This document shows positions 16,436-17,253 of a DNA stretch of 17,253 bases, in pieces. How positions within the stretch are numbered: the stretch's first letter is position 1; every line of letters begins with the position of its first letter. The position numbers and the translations under genes were made by a program. Source of the DNA: Bdellovibrionia bacterium (GTDB lineage: Bacteria > Bdellovibrionota > UBA1018); NCBI GenBank assembly GCA_049424145.1, contig JBMSSC010000052.1, positions 1 through 17,253 of the forward strand, given 5' to 3'. The notes under the pieces are model-generated. The model made no database searches. It had not been told where the DNA came from and saw only the letters and a list, made by a program, of their open reading frames with translations.

Positions 16436-17253
16436 TTATTTTCCCTTATCTTTTCCTGTTTTCATCCCATCTGAAGAAGAGTTGGATTTTTCATGACTGG
16501 GTTCGGATTTGCTCACGATTGGGGGAAATCCATTGAATTTGCGCCACAGTTCATAGCCTAAGCGCACGCGTCCTAATAAGACCCATCCATGAGCTCGAAT
16601 TCCTTGCCTTAAGTAGTGGCTCGAGGGCCAGGGCTCATTGTCATTTGGGACCACTAAGACCCGAAAATTTCCATCCCCGCCGTCGGCTGCATCCACCACG
16701 GAGATCTTCCCTCCAAATGTTCCCACGGCAACGCTTGGCCATCCTGAGAACTGAATGGCAGGCCAGCCTGCAAATTGGAGACGCACGTGGTTGCCTTCAC
16801 GGACGAGCGGGATATCGTTACCGTCAATCCAAAGCTCAACTGCGCGTGAGGTCGTGTTGGGAACAATAGCAGCCAGAGTTGAGCCTGATTTCACAAGCAC
16901 GGAGCTCTCCCCGGAGATACGCCTGAGAATGGTCCCACTCATCGGAGCTTTCACCGATTGCGTGGTCTGACGTGAGAGTCTTACATCAATGCGCGAGATC
17001 TCAGCTTTGGCGTTGGCTTCGTCGGTTAAAAACTTCGTGTAATCCAATTTAGCCAATTCATAGGAGCGCTTGGAGCTTAAGCCTTGCTCCACTAAAATGG
17101 CTTGACGATCCACGTGGATTTTTGCCGTTTGCGCGGAGACCCTGGCAGCCTCAAGACGTGCTAGGAGTGCTCGTTTTTCCTGTTGGAGGCGATTTAAGAT
17201 CTCCGGATCATTATCAATGATTTCTACAATTGGGGCTCCTTTTTCCACATGAG
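16436..17253 (-). CDS. HlyD family periplasmic adaptor / membrane fusion protein (5' truncated by window)
   Basis: Lipoyl-like halves VEKGAPIVEI and VKAPMSGTI flank a coiled coil, followed by VRLQFAGWPAIQFSGWPSVAVGTFGG. The frame is open to the window edge, so GTG 17248 is probably internal. Confidence 0.88.
   Translation of the reverse strand, partial: HVEKGAPIVEIIDNDPEILNRLQQEKRALLARLEAARVSAQTAKIHVDRQAILVEQGLSSKRSYELAKLDYTKFLTDEANAKAEISRIDVRLSRQTTQSVKAPMSGTILRRISGESSVLVKSGSTLAAIVPNTTSRAVELWIDGNDIPLVREGNHVRLQFAGWPAIQFSGWPSVAVGTFGGKISVVDAADGGDGNFRVLVVPNDNEPWPSSHYLRQGIRAHGWVLLGRVRLGYELWRKFNGFPPIVSKSEPSHEKSNSSSDGMKTGKDKGK

Overview
A gene-dense bacterial chromosomal window with 13 complete CDSs plus an edge-truncated one. 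In order: galE (+); a YbhB/YbcL PEBP protein (-); a C45 Ntn-hydrolase fused to TPR-like helices (-); a small protein with a SHOCT-like C-terminus (-); a probably exported 13-repeat ankyrin protein (+); a minus-strand trio of a degenerate GH35/GH42-like protein, a 248-aa hypothetical and rlmN; a plus-strand run of isovaleryl-CoA dehydrogenase, a second acyl-CoA dehydrogenase, pgi and an FHA-GGDEF diguanylate cyclase; and tolC plus a HlyD-type adaptor (-) cut by the window edge. The pgi/FHA-GGDEF pair mirrors the pgi-dgcB arrangement I recall from Bdellovibrio bacteriovorus, suggesting a Bdellovibrionota-like host (inference). I saw no rRNA, tRNA, CRISPR array, transposase or phage gene. The best leads are the apparent pseudo-glycosidase/orphan/rlmN operon, the DgcB-like cyclase linked to carbon metabolism genes, the exported ankyrin protein and the C45-TPR fusion. 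All assignments come from motif recognition by eye; no searches were run.
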